Assembly: GCA_963825135.1 (NCBI GenBank)
Contig: CAWGRW010000009.1
Location: 896,001 to 960,000 of the forward strand
DNA length: 64,000 nucleotides
Direction of reading: 5' to 3'
Source of the DNA: an uncultured bacterium
Lineage (GTDB): Bacteria; Desulfobacterota_D; UBA1144; Nemesobacterales; UBA2774
The notes beneath the pieces are model-generated. The model searched no databases and was not told where the DNA came from. It saw only the letters and a program-made list of their open reading frames with translations. A program made the position numbers and the translations under genes. Position 1 is the first letter of the stretch. The number at the start of each line of letters is the position of its first letter. Shown here in pieces: positions 22,466 to 32,277 of the stretch.

Positions 22466-23848
22466 GTGCTGAAAAAACCCTGGGGGGGCAGGTTCAAGAA
22501 AGATACTCACAAAATCGCCGAAAAATTTTCGGCGTCCGTCGATTTCGACAAGAGACTATACAGAGAGGACATCGAGGGCAGCATCGCACACGTAACGATG
22601 CTTGCCGAAAACAGCATTATCCTCAAAAGCGAAGCCGAAAAGATCATTAAGGGCCTGAGACTGATCGAGAAGGAAATCGATTCCGGCAAATTCCCGTTCA
22701 GGGAAGAGTTTGAGGACATACATCTCAACATAGAAAAGCGCCTCATCGAAAAAATAGGGGAAACAGGCGGAAAAATCCACACCGCGAGGAGCAGGAACGA
22801 CCAGATAGCGCTCGATATGAGGCTCTACCTCAGAAAAGAGATAACCGAGATAATCCTGCTGTTAAAAGATATCGCCGAGCGTCTCGTCGAGCTCGCGGAA
22901 AAAAATATAGATACGGTCATGCCTCTCTATACGCATCTCCAGAGGGGACAGCCCGTGCTCCTGTCGCATCATCTGATGGGCCTGTACGAGATGTTCAAAA
23001 GGGACAGGGAGAGATACCTCGACTGCTTGGGCAGGGTAAACGTCATGCCGCTCGGCGCCGGCGCCGGGGCGGGGACGACATTTCCGATCGACAGGGAATA
23101 CGTCGCGAAGCTCCTCGGTTTCCCTAAAGTCACGCAAAACAGCATAGACACTGTGAGCGACAGGGATTTCATCATCGAGTTCATAGCAGTATCGGCGAAT
23201 TTGATGATGCACCTGAGCAGGGTATCCGAAGAGCTCGTCCTGTGGTCGACAAAGGAATTCGATTTCGTCGATCTCGGCGACGAGTTCACCACCGGATCGA
23301 GCATCATGCCTCAGAAAAGGAACCCCGACATGGCCGAGCTCATACGAGGGAAGACGGGCAGGGTTTACGGAGGCCTCGTAACCATCCTGACGATCATGAA
23401 AGGCCTCCCGTTCTCGTACAACAGGGACATGCAGGAGGACAAGGAGCCGATGTTCGATACGGCAGACACCGTCAGATCCTCCCTCGAGGTATTGAGGGCT
23501 ATGTTGAAAAGCATTGCGTTCAAGCACAAAAACATGAAGAAGGCCCTTACGGAGGGCTTTATAACGGCGACCGACATCGCGGACTATCTGACGCGTAAGG
23601 GTATGCCCTTCAGGAAGTCGCACGAGGTAACGGGCAGGATAGTAGGTTATGCGGAGGAGAAAGGGAGGGAACTGATTAACCTCCATATATCGGAGTACAA
23701 GATGTTCTCCAAACTCTTCGAGGAAGACCTCTTCGACCACATTACCCTCGAAGGCTCGGTCAGCGGGAGGAAATCCTACGGAGGGACCGCGAGGCAGAAC
23801 GTCCTCAGGATGATCGCGCAGGCGAGGAAAGAGACGGGCAAATGGTGA
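22466..23848 (+). CDS. argH: argininosuccinate lyase
   Basis: WGGRF, HTARSRNDQ, YTHLQ, TGSSIMPQKRNPD, YNRDMQEDKE. Confidence 0.97.
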   Translation: MLKKPWGGRFKKDTHKIAEKFSASVDFDKRLYREDIEGSIAHVTMLAENSIILKSEAEKIIKGLRLIEKEIDSGKFPFREEFEDIHLNIEKRLIEKIGETGGKIHTARSRNDQIALDMRLYLRKEITEIILLLKDIAERLVELAEKNIDTVMPLYTHLQRGQPVLLSHHLMGLYEMFKRDRERYLDCLGRVNVMPLGAGAGAGTTFPIDREYVAKLLGFPKVTQNSIDTVSDRDFIIEFIAVSANLMMHLSRVSEELVLWSTKEFDFVDLGDEFTTGSSIMPQKRNPDMAELIRGKTGRVYGGLVTILTIMKGLPFSYNRDMQEDKEPMFDTADTVRSSLEVLRAMLKSIAFKHKNMKKALTEGFITATDIADYLTRKGMPFRKSHEVTGRIVGYAEEKGRELINLHISEYKMFSKLFEEDLFDHITLEGSVSGRKSYGGTARQNVLRMIAQARKETGKW

Positions 23849-23880
23849 CATCGGAACAGGGTTAATCAGGAGATTTAGCG

Positions 23881-24309
23881 TTGAAAGAAATGTCCCGGGA
23901 CGAATATAGAGAATTCCTCCTACGGGGAACGAAAACCGGCAAACTTGCCACGGTGAGGGGGGACGGACGCCCTCACGTCGTTCCCGTCTGGTATGATCTC
24001 GACGGCGACGTGCTTGTATTTACGACCGGGGATCGGTCGGTCAAGTATAAGAACATGAAACGCGACCCCAGAGTGTCCATTACCGTGGACGACCAGACCC
24101 CTCCATATTCGTATGTCATGATCGAGGGGACGGTTTCGTTTTCGGAGGACCCCGCAGAGCTCCTTTACTGGGCAACTCGCATCGGCGGCCGTTACATGGG
24201 GGAAGACCAGGCGGAAGCGTACGGCAAAAGAAACTCGGCGGCCGGCGAAGTGATAGTGCGCATCATACCGTCTAAGATTTCGGCCTGCAAAGACGTGACG
24301 GGGTGGTAG
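23881..24309 (+). CDS. PPOX-class (putatively F420-dependent) oxidoreductase
   Basis: LATVRGDGRPHVVPVW, K.KNMKRDPRVSITVDD. Confidence 0.82.
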   Translation: MKEMSRDEYREFLLRGTKTGKLATVRGDGRPHVVPVWYDLDGDVLVFTTGDRSVKYKNMKRDPRVSITVDDQTPPYSYVMIEGTVSFSEDPAELLYWATRIGGRYMGEDQAEAYGKRNSAAGEVIVRIIPSKISACKDVTGW

Positions 24310-24372
24310 GAATTGTGTTAAGCCGGGTTAGTCGCCGCTCGAATCCGTGAACCGGCGGAATTCCATCCTGAT

Positions 24373-25602
24373 TCACTGCCCGACTGAGACTTCTTTCATG
24401 ATTCCGGAGGCGATAATATATTGATAGATATACTCCCCCACTATTTTATTGGCCAGGGGGGAATAATGCTTACTTAAAGCCGTACACCTGTCATCATTGA
24501 TCTTATTAACATCGACTTCTTCAAACGCATCCATCAGATCAATATATCGGTAATTCCTGGAATCAAAGTATGAGAGAAGGGGTGCGTATACTTTTATTTT
24601 ATCTTTCTTATAAGTAAGCATATCCCCGACTGTCGGGAAAATGAGTATTATGGGGATCGAATCGTTTTTCAGGGCTTCTTGATAGAATCTATCGAAGATT
24701 TGAACCGTTATCCTGTATGCTTCAGATGATGTATCAAAGTAGCCGTCGGCGACAAAATCCATCTTGTGAGAATTGCCGCCCCTGAGTTTACCGATTATCA
24801 ATCGAATTAAGCGTACGGTCGGAGAAAAATCAAAAACGCTCGAATGATACCGTTTCGGATAGTAATAATCGTTTACGCCGATACCCGGCAGAACATCGGA
24901 CGGTTTATTGAGGAGTCTTCTGTAATCTTCCAGCTCGGATATCGGGTTAGGGATTAAAAGAAGTCCGTCGTCCTCGATCGAGAATCTGGGCTTGGTCAAA
25001 GGTATATCGGAGTTCTCGCTGTAGAAGGGACGAAAGTTATTTACGTGCCGAAGAATGTCCCGCGTCATAAATCCGATAAATACGACATGCGGTTTGTATT
25101 GCGCGCCTTCATTCTGATAGCGCAGTAGTGCTTGATCGAGCCCATAACCCCAAACCCCGAAATTGAGGACTTCCATACTGGGATCGAGCTTCTCCATCAC
25201 GGCTTGCCAGGTTTCGTCGTTGCTTACATCGTCTCCGTGAGTGTAGGAATCACCATATGTCGAGATGCGAAGCACGCCGGCGGGCGGCACGGAGTCATAC
25301 TCCCTGCTGCTCCTTATGCCGGATGAATTCGATTTATACAATTTCTTATTACAATCGACCAGGAATTCGCCATTCTTTTTAATTGTCCATCCCATTACGG
25401 AACTATAGTCGATATAGTGCGACTCGCCGTTCAGAAGCCTCTTCAAAATATCCCTCTGTTCCTCCGATATCGAATCCGCGGGACTAAAAAAAACATTACG
25501 GGCTTTTTCGAGGAAAGTGAGTCCCAAGTATGAAATTCCTTCAATCGACAGATAGATTACGCAAATGTAGCTCAATAAGAATATATATCTTTTCATATTC
25601 AT
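24373..25602 (-). CDS. membrane-anchored SGNH/GDSL hydrolase family protein
   Basis: N-terminal TM; YGDSYTHG, EVLNFGVWGYGLDQ, KHYSPLAN; AT-rich. Confidence 0.72.
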   Translation of the reverse strand: MNMKRYIFLLSYICVIYLSIEGISYLGLTFLEKARNVFFSPADSISEEQRDILKRLLNGESHYIDYSSVMGWTIKKNGEFLVDCNKKLYKSNSSGIRSSREYDSVPPAGVLRISTYGDSYTHGDDVSNDETWQAVMEKLDPSMEVLNFGVWGYGLDQALLRYQNEGAQYKPHVVFIGFMTRDILRHVNNFRPFYSENSDIPLTKPRFSIEDDGLLLIPNPISELEDYRRLLNKPSDVLPGIGVNDYYYPKRYHSSVFDFSPTVRLIRLIIGKLRGGNSHKMDFVADGYFDTSSEAYRITVQIFDRFYQEALKNDSIPIILIFPTVGDMLTYKKDKIKVYAPLLSYFDSRNYRYIDLMDAFEEVDVNKINDDRCTALSKHYSPLANKIVGEYIYQYIIASGIMKEVSVGQ

Positions 25603-25921
25603 TTCATCTGTTATTGGGCTAAATGGGCAATTCCCTATAATAAAACAGGACCCAAGCTACGTCGAAATAATATCTCTATCGTATAAATATTACAAAGAAT
25701 AAATCAATACCGCGGCGGGCGCACGGCACCCCGGTACAGGTCAGGTTTCCTGGATTCATATACGGCGGCCGTATTCGATAAGCATTGCCGGGTCCCTGAT
25801 ATTAAATTTGAGCTGGAATTATTTAAAATACTGATTTATCATCGGATATAACGATTCAATGCCCCGATTCTAATAATCCGGTGCCCGTTCGGTACTATAA
25901 ATAAATAACCTGGAGGGAGTG

Positions 25922-27277
25922 ATGAAGCTTCACTCGGAGAGGAAGCCCGACAACAGCATGTACATAAGCAGAATCATGTCGAGGTTCCTCGCGGCCGAAA
26001 AAAGGTACAGCCCTATCTTATTGTGGTCGGCAATAGTGGGCATACTCACGGGCCTGGTCGCGGCATTATTTCAAATCTCGATAGACAAAGTGCAGGAACT
26101 GAGAGAGGTCATCTTAAAGACGCTTCCTCAAGTCCCTCCGCTTCTGCTTGCGGCGTCCGTAATATTCTCGGCGGTTCTGGTATTTCTCGCATTTTTACTC
26201 GTCAGAAGGGTGGCTCCGGAGACCGGGGGCAGCGGCGTGCACGAGATTGAAGGCGCGCTCGACGATGTAAGGCCCATAAGGTGGAAAAACGTTCTCCCCG
26301 TAAAATTCATCGGGGGGATGCTCTCCCTCGGAAGCGGAATGGTCCTAGGCAGGGAAGGACCCACGATACACATGGGAGGGAACATAGGCAAGATGGTCGC
26401 CGACATTTTCAAGGCCCGCAAGGAAGACGCGCACGCGCTCATAGCCGCCGGCGCGGGCGGCGGGCTGGCTGCGGCATTCAACGCTCCCCTGGCGGGCATA
26501 CTCTTTGTCTTCGAGGAGATGCGCCCCGAATTCAGATACAACTTTCTATCCGTTCAATCGGTCATCATAGCCTCAGCCGCATCCGACATAGCCCTCCGCT
26601 CCGTCATGGGGCAGCGCCCCGATATAGAAATGACCATGCTCGCTCCCCCTCCGCTTACGTCCCTGTGGTTATTCCTGGTCTTCGGACTCCTCTTCGGCAT
26701 ACTCGGCGTCATTTTCAACTTCTTCCTCATCAGAACGCTCGACTTCTTCTCGACCCTGAAAGGCCCCGCATTCACGTTTACCGGCCTTTACGTGGGGGGG
26801 GTCATCGGCCTCGTCGCATGGCTTTATCCCGGCATGACGGGCGGAGGGTACAAGGTCATACCGGAAGCCATTTCGGGAGCCATACCGATAACCATGCTTC
26901 TCCTTCTGTTCTTCGCGCGGTTCGGCACGACGATGATAAGCTACGGCTCGGGAGCGCCGGGCGGCATATTCGCGCCGATGCTCGCCCTGGGGACACTGTT
27001 CGGCATGTGGTACGGGAACATAGCGCACGGCTTTCTTCCCGGAGTCGATATAACACCGGAGATGTTTGCAGTAGCAGGCATGGCCGCCCTCTTCTGTGCT
27101 ACGGTAAGGGCGCCTCTCACGGGCATCGCTATCACGATAGAGATGACGGGGAATTACTTCCTGATACTCCCGCTCATCCTTACATGCCTCACGGCCACTC
27201 TGGTGGCGGAGGGATTGGGAGGAAAGCCCGTATATACGCTTCTATTGAAACGTGCCCTCAGTATCGCGAAGAAATAA
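25922..27277 (+). CDS. clcA: H+/Cl- exchange transporter
   Basis: GSGVHE, LGREGPT (gating Glu), AAFNAPLAGILFVFEEM (proton Glu), GGIFAPML, GGKPVY. Confidence 0.9.
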   Translation: MKLHSERKPDNSMYISRIMSRFLAAEKRYSPILLWSAIVGILTGLVAALFQISIDKVQELREVILKTLPQVPPLLLAASVIFSAVLVFLAFLLVRRVAPETGGSGVHEIEGALDDVRPIRWKNVLPVKFIGGMLSLGSGMVLGREGPTIHMGGNIGKMVADIFKARKEDAHALIAAGAGGGLAAAFNAPLAGILFVFEEMRPEFRYNFLSVQSVIIASAASDIALRSVMGQRPDIEMTMLAPPPLTSLWLFLVFGLLFGILGVIFNFFLIRTLDFFSTLKGPAFTFTGLYVGGVIGLVAWLYPGMTGGGYKVIPEAISGAIPITMLLLLFFARFGTTMISYGSGAPGGIFAPMLALGTLFGMWYGNIAHGFLPGVDITPEMFAVAGMAALFCATVRAPLTGIAITIEMTGNYFLILPLILTCLTATLVAEGLGGKPVYTLLLKRALSIAKK

Positions 27278-27398
27278 CGCATTATTAATATGTTCGATTC
27301 TGAATATCCTGAAGTATTGCGAATGCGGAAGGGATAAAGCAAAAACAGGCGAAACCCGGCCGGACGGACGGTAATTCAGCGGCGCTTCGGGCCTTGAA

Positions 27399-28661
27399 TC
27401 AGAGCACTTCCTCCTTGCATCCCCCCTCCCTCAATATCTCCTCAATCTCGTACCCGGCCGCTATACTCGCGATACACGATACAAGCTCGTGCACCGGGGA
27501 ATAAATCATAACGTCGGCGGCGGCTTCGGACTTTTCGCCCTCGCCGTATATAGGAGAAAATTCCATCCCCTTCGTATTCAGGTTCTCGTGATCGTCCTTC
27601 CCCCGGTTGAGCCTCAAAAAGCCGCCGGCCGCCTTTGCCTCGATAAGATAGAATACTGACTCGGCCGAGGCTCCCGAAGCCAGCTTCAATGCTGTCGGTA
27701 TGCCTTCCTGAATGACTATATCCCTTACCGGCTTTCCCCCCTTGCTCACCCTCATCCGTTTTCTTCCCTCGGCGTTCAATGTTCGTATCTCGTCGCTGTT
27801 AGAAACACTTATGACCGCCATGCCGTAGGTCCCGGAATTACTCTTGAGGAAGAGATAGGGCTCATCGGGAATCCCCTTCTCGGCATAGACCTTCCTGAGC
27901 CTCTCAAGCATCGAGTCCGCAAGCGACGCGGCCTTGTCCCTGTCCCCCGGGTTATCGAAGTCCACGCCCTGGAGCGAATCCGTATCGATAGAGATAATCC
28001 AGGGGTCGATGCCCAGAATCTCGGCCGCCTCCCCCGCGAGTTTATTATAAAACTCGAAATGCACGTTCTTTCGCCTCGTGTGCCACCCGATTTCAACGGG
28101 CGGCTCGACAGGCTGCAGTATGTCTTTCAGTGTTTTCGGGCATTTCTCGGAGAAATCGTTATTGATAAGCAATAAATCGGGAGACCCTTTCGACGTAAAT
28201 ATCCTGTGCCCCTCTTTCATCACTTTATAGGCCGCGACATCTCCTCCGCTCTGTGAACGAAAGCTCGCCTCGTCCAGGTTAAAATCGTCGCTCACTATCC
28301 CCACCTCAACCCGGTAACCGACTTTTTCGAGGATCGTCTTAAGCACGAGTATATTTTCCCAATAAAACGGGTTTCTCGTGTGGAGCTCGGGTATGATTAG
28401 AATATCATTGACTTTAGGGTATTTGCGCGTGAAGTAATCCTTGAACAGTCCGGATGCCCGGTCCCTGAAGTTTTGTGACAGGTTATTGAATCCGGCCGGA
28501 AAGATATTCGTATCGACGGGAGCGATTTTGTAATCGGATACCCTCACGTCAACCGAGGAGTAGAGCGGTATAAATTCCTTCTCAGCCTTGCCTCTGATCC
28601 AGGTCTCTATTCTTTCCCTGTTTTCCGATATAATGACGTTTAGTTCATTAATATGCCGCAT
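27399..28661 (-). CDS. gshA: glutamate--cysteine ligase (GshA family, ATP-grasp type)
   Basis: PLYSSVDVR..KIAPVDTNIFPAGFNNL, IPELHTRNPFY, LLLINNDFS, KSNSGTYGM, IQEGIPT, ENLN. Confidence 0.85.
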   Translation of the reverse strand: MRHINELNVIISENRERIETWIRGKAEKEFIPLYSSVDVRVSDYKIAPVDTNIFPAGFNNLSQNFRDRASGLFKDYFTRKYPKVNDILIIPELHTRNPFYWENILVLKTILEKVGYRVEVGIVSDDFNLDEASFRSQSGGDVAAYKVMKEGHRIFTSKGSPDLLLINNDFSEKCPKTLKDILQPVEPPVEIGWHTRRKNVHFEFYNKLAGEAAEILGIDPWIISIDTDSLQGVDFDNPGDRDKAASLADSMLERLRKVYAEKGIPDEPYLFLKSNSGTYGMAVISVSNSDEIRTLNAEGRKRMRVSKGGKPVRDIVIQEGIPTALKLASGASAESVFYLIEAKAAGGFLRLNRGKDDHENLNTKGMEFSPIYGEGEKSEAAADVMIYSPVHELVSCIASIAAGYEIEEILREGGCKEEVL

Positions 28662-28668
28662 CGCAGAG

Positions 28669-29607
28669 TTAATCTTTCACCACGTAAGTTCCGGCGATTT
28701 TATCATGCCAGGTTTGACATTCGGCATCGATCAGGGACCACAAATATCCGGCAAATAAGAATACCGCGGAAATGTAATAACCAACCCATCTGACAAACGC
28801 TTCCCAAAGCCCGACATCTTCGCCTTCGCTATTTATCAATTTTATACCCAATAACATCTTTCCGGCGGTCTTCCCTCCGTACCCGTGCAGAAAAACAAAA
28901 TATGTGGATGCGAGTACGAAGAGCACGAGATACAGGGGAAGGAGAACATTCTCGGAGTCATACGCAGCGAAATTGAGACCATATACCAGATACAGGCCCG
29001 AGACCGCCGCAAGGAAGGCTATCAGGGAAACAATCATAATGTCCACGATGAAGGCCAGCGCCCGTGCGGTAATGCCGGCAAGATTATACACATCCGGCTC
29101 CTGCTCGTACTGCATCTTTCTTTTCTCGGAGAACCGCCTGTAATCCGTATCGCCGCGCCCTTCAAATAAGTAAGGGTCCGGACGCCGCTCGGATAAATCC
29201 TCTTCCATAAACGGCGTGCTGCTCCGATCGTCCGCGTTGGAAACACCTGTTTTATCCCCGGCCGAAGCCTCTCTCTCGAACTTTTTAGATACACTAAACA
29301 ACTCATGGGATTCAGAAGACGAACCCTTTCCGACCGCTCTTTCGCGCTTTCGTCGTGAAGCTCGCGTTTTCGGAGATTTTGCCGGCGAAGACTCAGTCTC
29401 TTCTCCGATGGGGATGTCCAGGAACAGATCGCCCGTTAAAGAGTCGTTCCGGTCTTTTTCCGGGACTCGTCGGCGGGAATCTTCCGCGCCGGTTACCGCG
29501 TCCCCTCTTTCGCCCCCAGTCTCGTGACCGGCTTTGAGCGGAGAACCGCACTTCTTGCAGTACTCCAGATGATCAAAGCTGTTATATCCGCAGGAAGGGC
29601 ATTTCAT
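28669..29607 (-). CDS. RDD family protein with N-terminal zinc ribbon
   Basis: MKCPSCG..CKKCG; acidic linker; AG..ARALAFIVD, GKTAGK, WHDKIAGTYVV. Confidence 0.85.
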   Translation of the reverse strand: MKCPSCGYNSFDHLEYCKKCGSPLKAGHETGGERGDAVTGAEDSRRRVPEKDRNDSLTGDLFLDIPIGEETESSPAKSPKTRASRRKRERAVGKGSSSESHELFSVSKKFEREASAGDKTGVSNADDRSSTPFMEEDLSERRPDPYLFEGRGDTDYRRFSEKRKMQYEQEPDVYNLAGITARALAFIVDIMIVSLIAFLAAVSGLYLVYGLNFAAYDSENVLLPLYLVLFVLASTYFVFLHGYGGKTAGKMLLGIKLINSEGEDVGLWEAFVRWVGYYISAVFLFAGYLWSLIDAECQTWHDKIAGTYVVKD

Positions 29608-29746
29608 AGGTGTCCGGGCAGAATAGAATTTGGAAAATCAAAAAAAAACGCATAAAAAATGCGCCCTAACCCGATCGATCAGACTGCAGGAGCTGATTTT
29701 AATATCCAACCGGGTTAGGGCGCAATTGATTAGCTTAAGAATAGTG

Positions 29747-30871
29747 TCAGGAACCTGCCTTGAGTTTAATTTCAATGGCCGACTTAAGGCCTTCCGGATT
29801 CGCGCCAGGAACCATCATGCCGTTAACTACGAATGTGGGTGTGGACGAAACCCCTACAGCGGATGCTTCCTTCATCTGACTCTCCACCTTCGCTTTCGCC
29901 TCGGGTGATTTCAGACATGCGTCGAACTTCTTCGTATCGAGCCCCAGCTCTTTTGCATACTGATTGAACTTTTCGTTAGAGTTCTCGAGGGTGATATCCT
30001 TCTGAGTATCGAAAAGCTTGTCATGGAGGGCCCAGAATTTATCGTTCCCCTGTTCAAAGGCGCAAGTTGCGGCTATAGCTGCAGGCATCGCCCAGTTGTG
30101 GTTTTGCAGAGGCATCTGTTTGTACACGATCTTGATCTTGCCGTTGTAATCCTTCAATATTGCCGGGAGCATGTCCTTTCCCCTCTTGCAGAAGGGACAC
30201 TGGAAATCGGAATATTCCACTATTACCACCTTGGCGTTTTCCGCGCCTCTGACAGGTACGTTCTCAAGTGAAATCTTTTCCATTATCTCTTTATGCGGAT
30301 CGACGGTCGTGTCGAATATCTCGGATCCGAGGACAAGATACTTTCCGTCTCCGCTGATAAAGACGGGAACCGTCTGACGTCCCCCCATATTAAAAGATCC
30401 TTCCTTGAACCCCGCAAGCTTCGAATCCTTAAACTTTGCAAGATCTATTATCTCGTTATTGATAATAAGGAACTTCCCGTCGGTCGTCATAAGCACGGGA
30501 AACTCGCCCCTGGGGATCGGTATCGCGCCTTTTTTGATATTTTTTATCAGTGTCGGTTTGAATCCGGACGTGTCCACCATGTTGCCCATCAATAAATACT
30601 TTCCATCCTGGCTGATCACAAAAGCGACGTCCTGCGAACCCTGGGCGGTGGTGATAACGAAAGTGCCTTTCTTGAGACCCTTTATAGAGCTTGCCTCAAA
30701 TCCCTTAACCTCGATGACGGTATCGGGCGTCAAATTCGCTCCGAAACTGTTCTTAAAGAAACCCTGAAGTCGGGCTGATTCATCCTTTGATATTTGCTGG
30801 CTGAACGCCTGGGTACTTACAATTAGGAATGTTATCGTAAGTAGTACCGAGGACAGAAATTTAAACTTCAT
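29747..30871 (-). CDS. exported DsbA/BdbD-like thiol-disulfide oxidoreductase with tandem N-terminal repeats
   Basis: signal peptide; IVEYSDFQCPFC, GVSSTPTFVVNG (cis-Pro). Confidence 0.85.
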   Translation of the reverse strand: MKFKFLSSVLLTITFLIVSTQAFSQQISKDESARLQGFFKNSFGANLTPDTVIEVKGFEASSIKGLKKGTFVITTAQGSQDVAFVISQDGKYLLMGNMVDTSGFKPTLIKNIKKGAIPIPRGEFPVLMTTDGKFLIINNEIIDLAKFKDSKLAGFKEGSFNMGGRQTVPVFISGDGKYLVLGSEIFDTTVDPHKEIMEKISLENVPVRGAENAKVVIVEYSDFQCPFCKRGKDMLPAILKDYNGKIKIVYKQMPLQNHNWAMPAAIAATCAFEQGNDKFWALHDKLFDTQKDITLENSNEKFNQYAKELGLDTKKFDACLKSPEAKAKVESQMKEASAVGVSSTPTFVVNGMMVPGANPEGLKSAIEIKLKAGS

Positions 30872-30984
30872 ACACGCCTCCTTTGCTTTGGTTAGCTAAA
30901 ACTATACCACTGAATGTTAAGAAAGCAACATAAACTCCGCCGGGCAAATTTGATCGCTAGTGGCTGGAATCATTCAATTTTAAT

Positions 30985-32277
30985 TTACCTGAAAACCCTT
31001 TCGAATATGCGGCCGACATACTTTAGATCGGCCGTTACGTCGAAGCATTCAGTAATTTCCTCTTTAGTTAATAACCCGGTTACTTCTTTATCGCTTAGCA
31101 AGAGCTCCCGGAAATCGCATTTTTCTTTCCAGGTTTTCATGGCGCTCTGCTGGACGAGCTTATAGGCTTTCTCTCTCTGCATTCCCTTCTCAACAAGCCT
31201 GAGCAAGACCTTTTGTGAGAAAATCAGGCCGTGAGTGAGCCATATATTTTTTTCCATGTTCTCCGGATAGACCTGAAGGCCGGCCAGGAGATGAGAGAGT
31301 CTCGCGAGCATGAAGTCGATCAGTATTGTAGCGTCGGGACCTATCACCCGCTCGACCGAGGAATGGCTTATATCGCGTTCGTGCCAGAGCGGGATATTCT
31401 CGAGCGCCGGTATGGAATACGAGCGTACGAGTCTGGCCAACCCGCACAGATTTTCCGAAAGTACGGGGTTTCTTTTGTGAGGCATCGCCGACGAGCCCTT
31501 CTGACCCTCGGTAAAGGGTTCTTCGAGTTCGAGCACCTCCGTCCTCTGAAAGTGTCTTATTTCCGTGGCTATTTTTTCGATTGTCGACGCGATAATAGCA
31601 AGGGTGAGGAAATATTCGGCGTGTATATCCCGCTGTATGATCTGGGTCGATATAGGGGCAGGCTTTAGCCCGAGCCTCCTGCAGGCGTCTTCTTCTATCT
31701 CGGGCGGGACGTTCGCGAATGTCCCCACTGCCCCTGAGATCTTGCCGACGCTCGCGGCATCCCTTGCCCTCACCATGCGATCGAGATTCCTTTTCATTTC
31801 GTCGTACCAGAGCGCGAATACGAGACCCAGGGTTTTCGGCTCCGCGTGAATACCGTGAGTCCTGCCGATCATAGGAGTATTCTTATATTTATATGCCTGT
31901 TTTCTAAGCACTTTAATTACGTCTTTGATATCATTGATAATCAGAGCGGAGGCGTCCCTCAATTGGAGCGCGAATGCGGTATCCAGGACGTCGGACGAGG
32001 TGAGGCCGAGATGGATATATCTCGACTCCCTGCCCACATGCTCCGAAACGGAGGTAAGGAATGAAATGACATCGTGCTTCAATTCCTTTTCGAGCTCGTT
32101 TATTCTGGAGACGTCGAAGCCCGCCTTCTTCTTTATCGTCTCTACTGATTTTTTGGGTATTTTTTTATATTTGGCCCACGCCTCGCATACCGCTATTTCA
32201 ACCCGAAGCCAGTTAGCGTACTTTGCTTCGTCGGTCCATATACCGGACATTTCAGGTCTCGAATATCTAGGAATCAA
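30985..32277 (-). CDS. purB: adenylosuccinate lyase
   Basis: MIPRYSRPEM, HLGLTSSDV, GRTHGIHAEP, GSSAMPHKRNP, WHERDISHSS. Confidence 0.97.
   Translation of the reverse strand: MIPRYSRPEMSGIWTDEAKYANWLRVEIAVCEAWAKYKKIPKKSVETIKKKAGFDVSRINELEKELKHDVISFLTSVSEHVGRESRYIHLGLTSSDVLDTAFALQLRDASALIINDIKDVIKVLRKQAYKYKNTPMIGRTHGIHAEPKTLGLVFALWYDEMKRNLDRMVRARDAASVGKISGAVGTFANVPPEIEEDACRRLGLKPAPISTQIIQRDIHAEYFLTLAIIASTIEKIATEIRHFQRTEVLELEEPFTEGQKGSSAMPHKRNPVLSENLCGLARLVRSYSIPALENIPLWHERDISHSSVERVIGPDATILIDFMLARLSHLLAGLQVYPENMEKNIWLTHGLIFSQKVLLRLVEKGMQREKAYKLVQQSAMKTWKEKCDFRELLLSDKEVTGLLTKEEITECFDVTADLKYVGRIFERVFR

Noticed and set aside
20158..23851. Long antisense ORFs 20158-20937 and 22862-23851
   Set aside because: They overlap well-supported genes on the opposite strand and have no motifs.
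25917..25990. GAGTGATGAAGCTTCACTC hairpin resembling fluoride-riboswitch P1 before the ClC gene
   Set aside because: It overlaps the start codon and has no downstream pseudoknot partner. The ClC has Cl-type motifs (GSG, GREGP), not CLC-F motifs.
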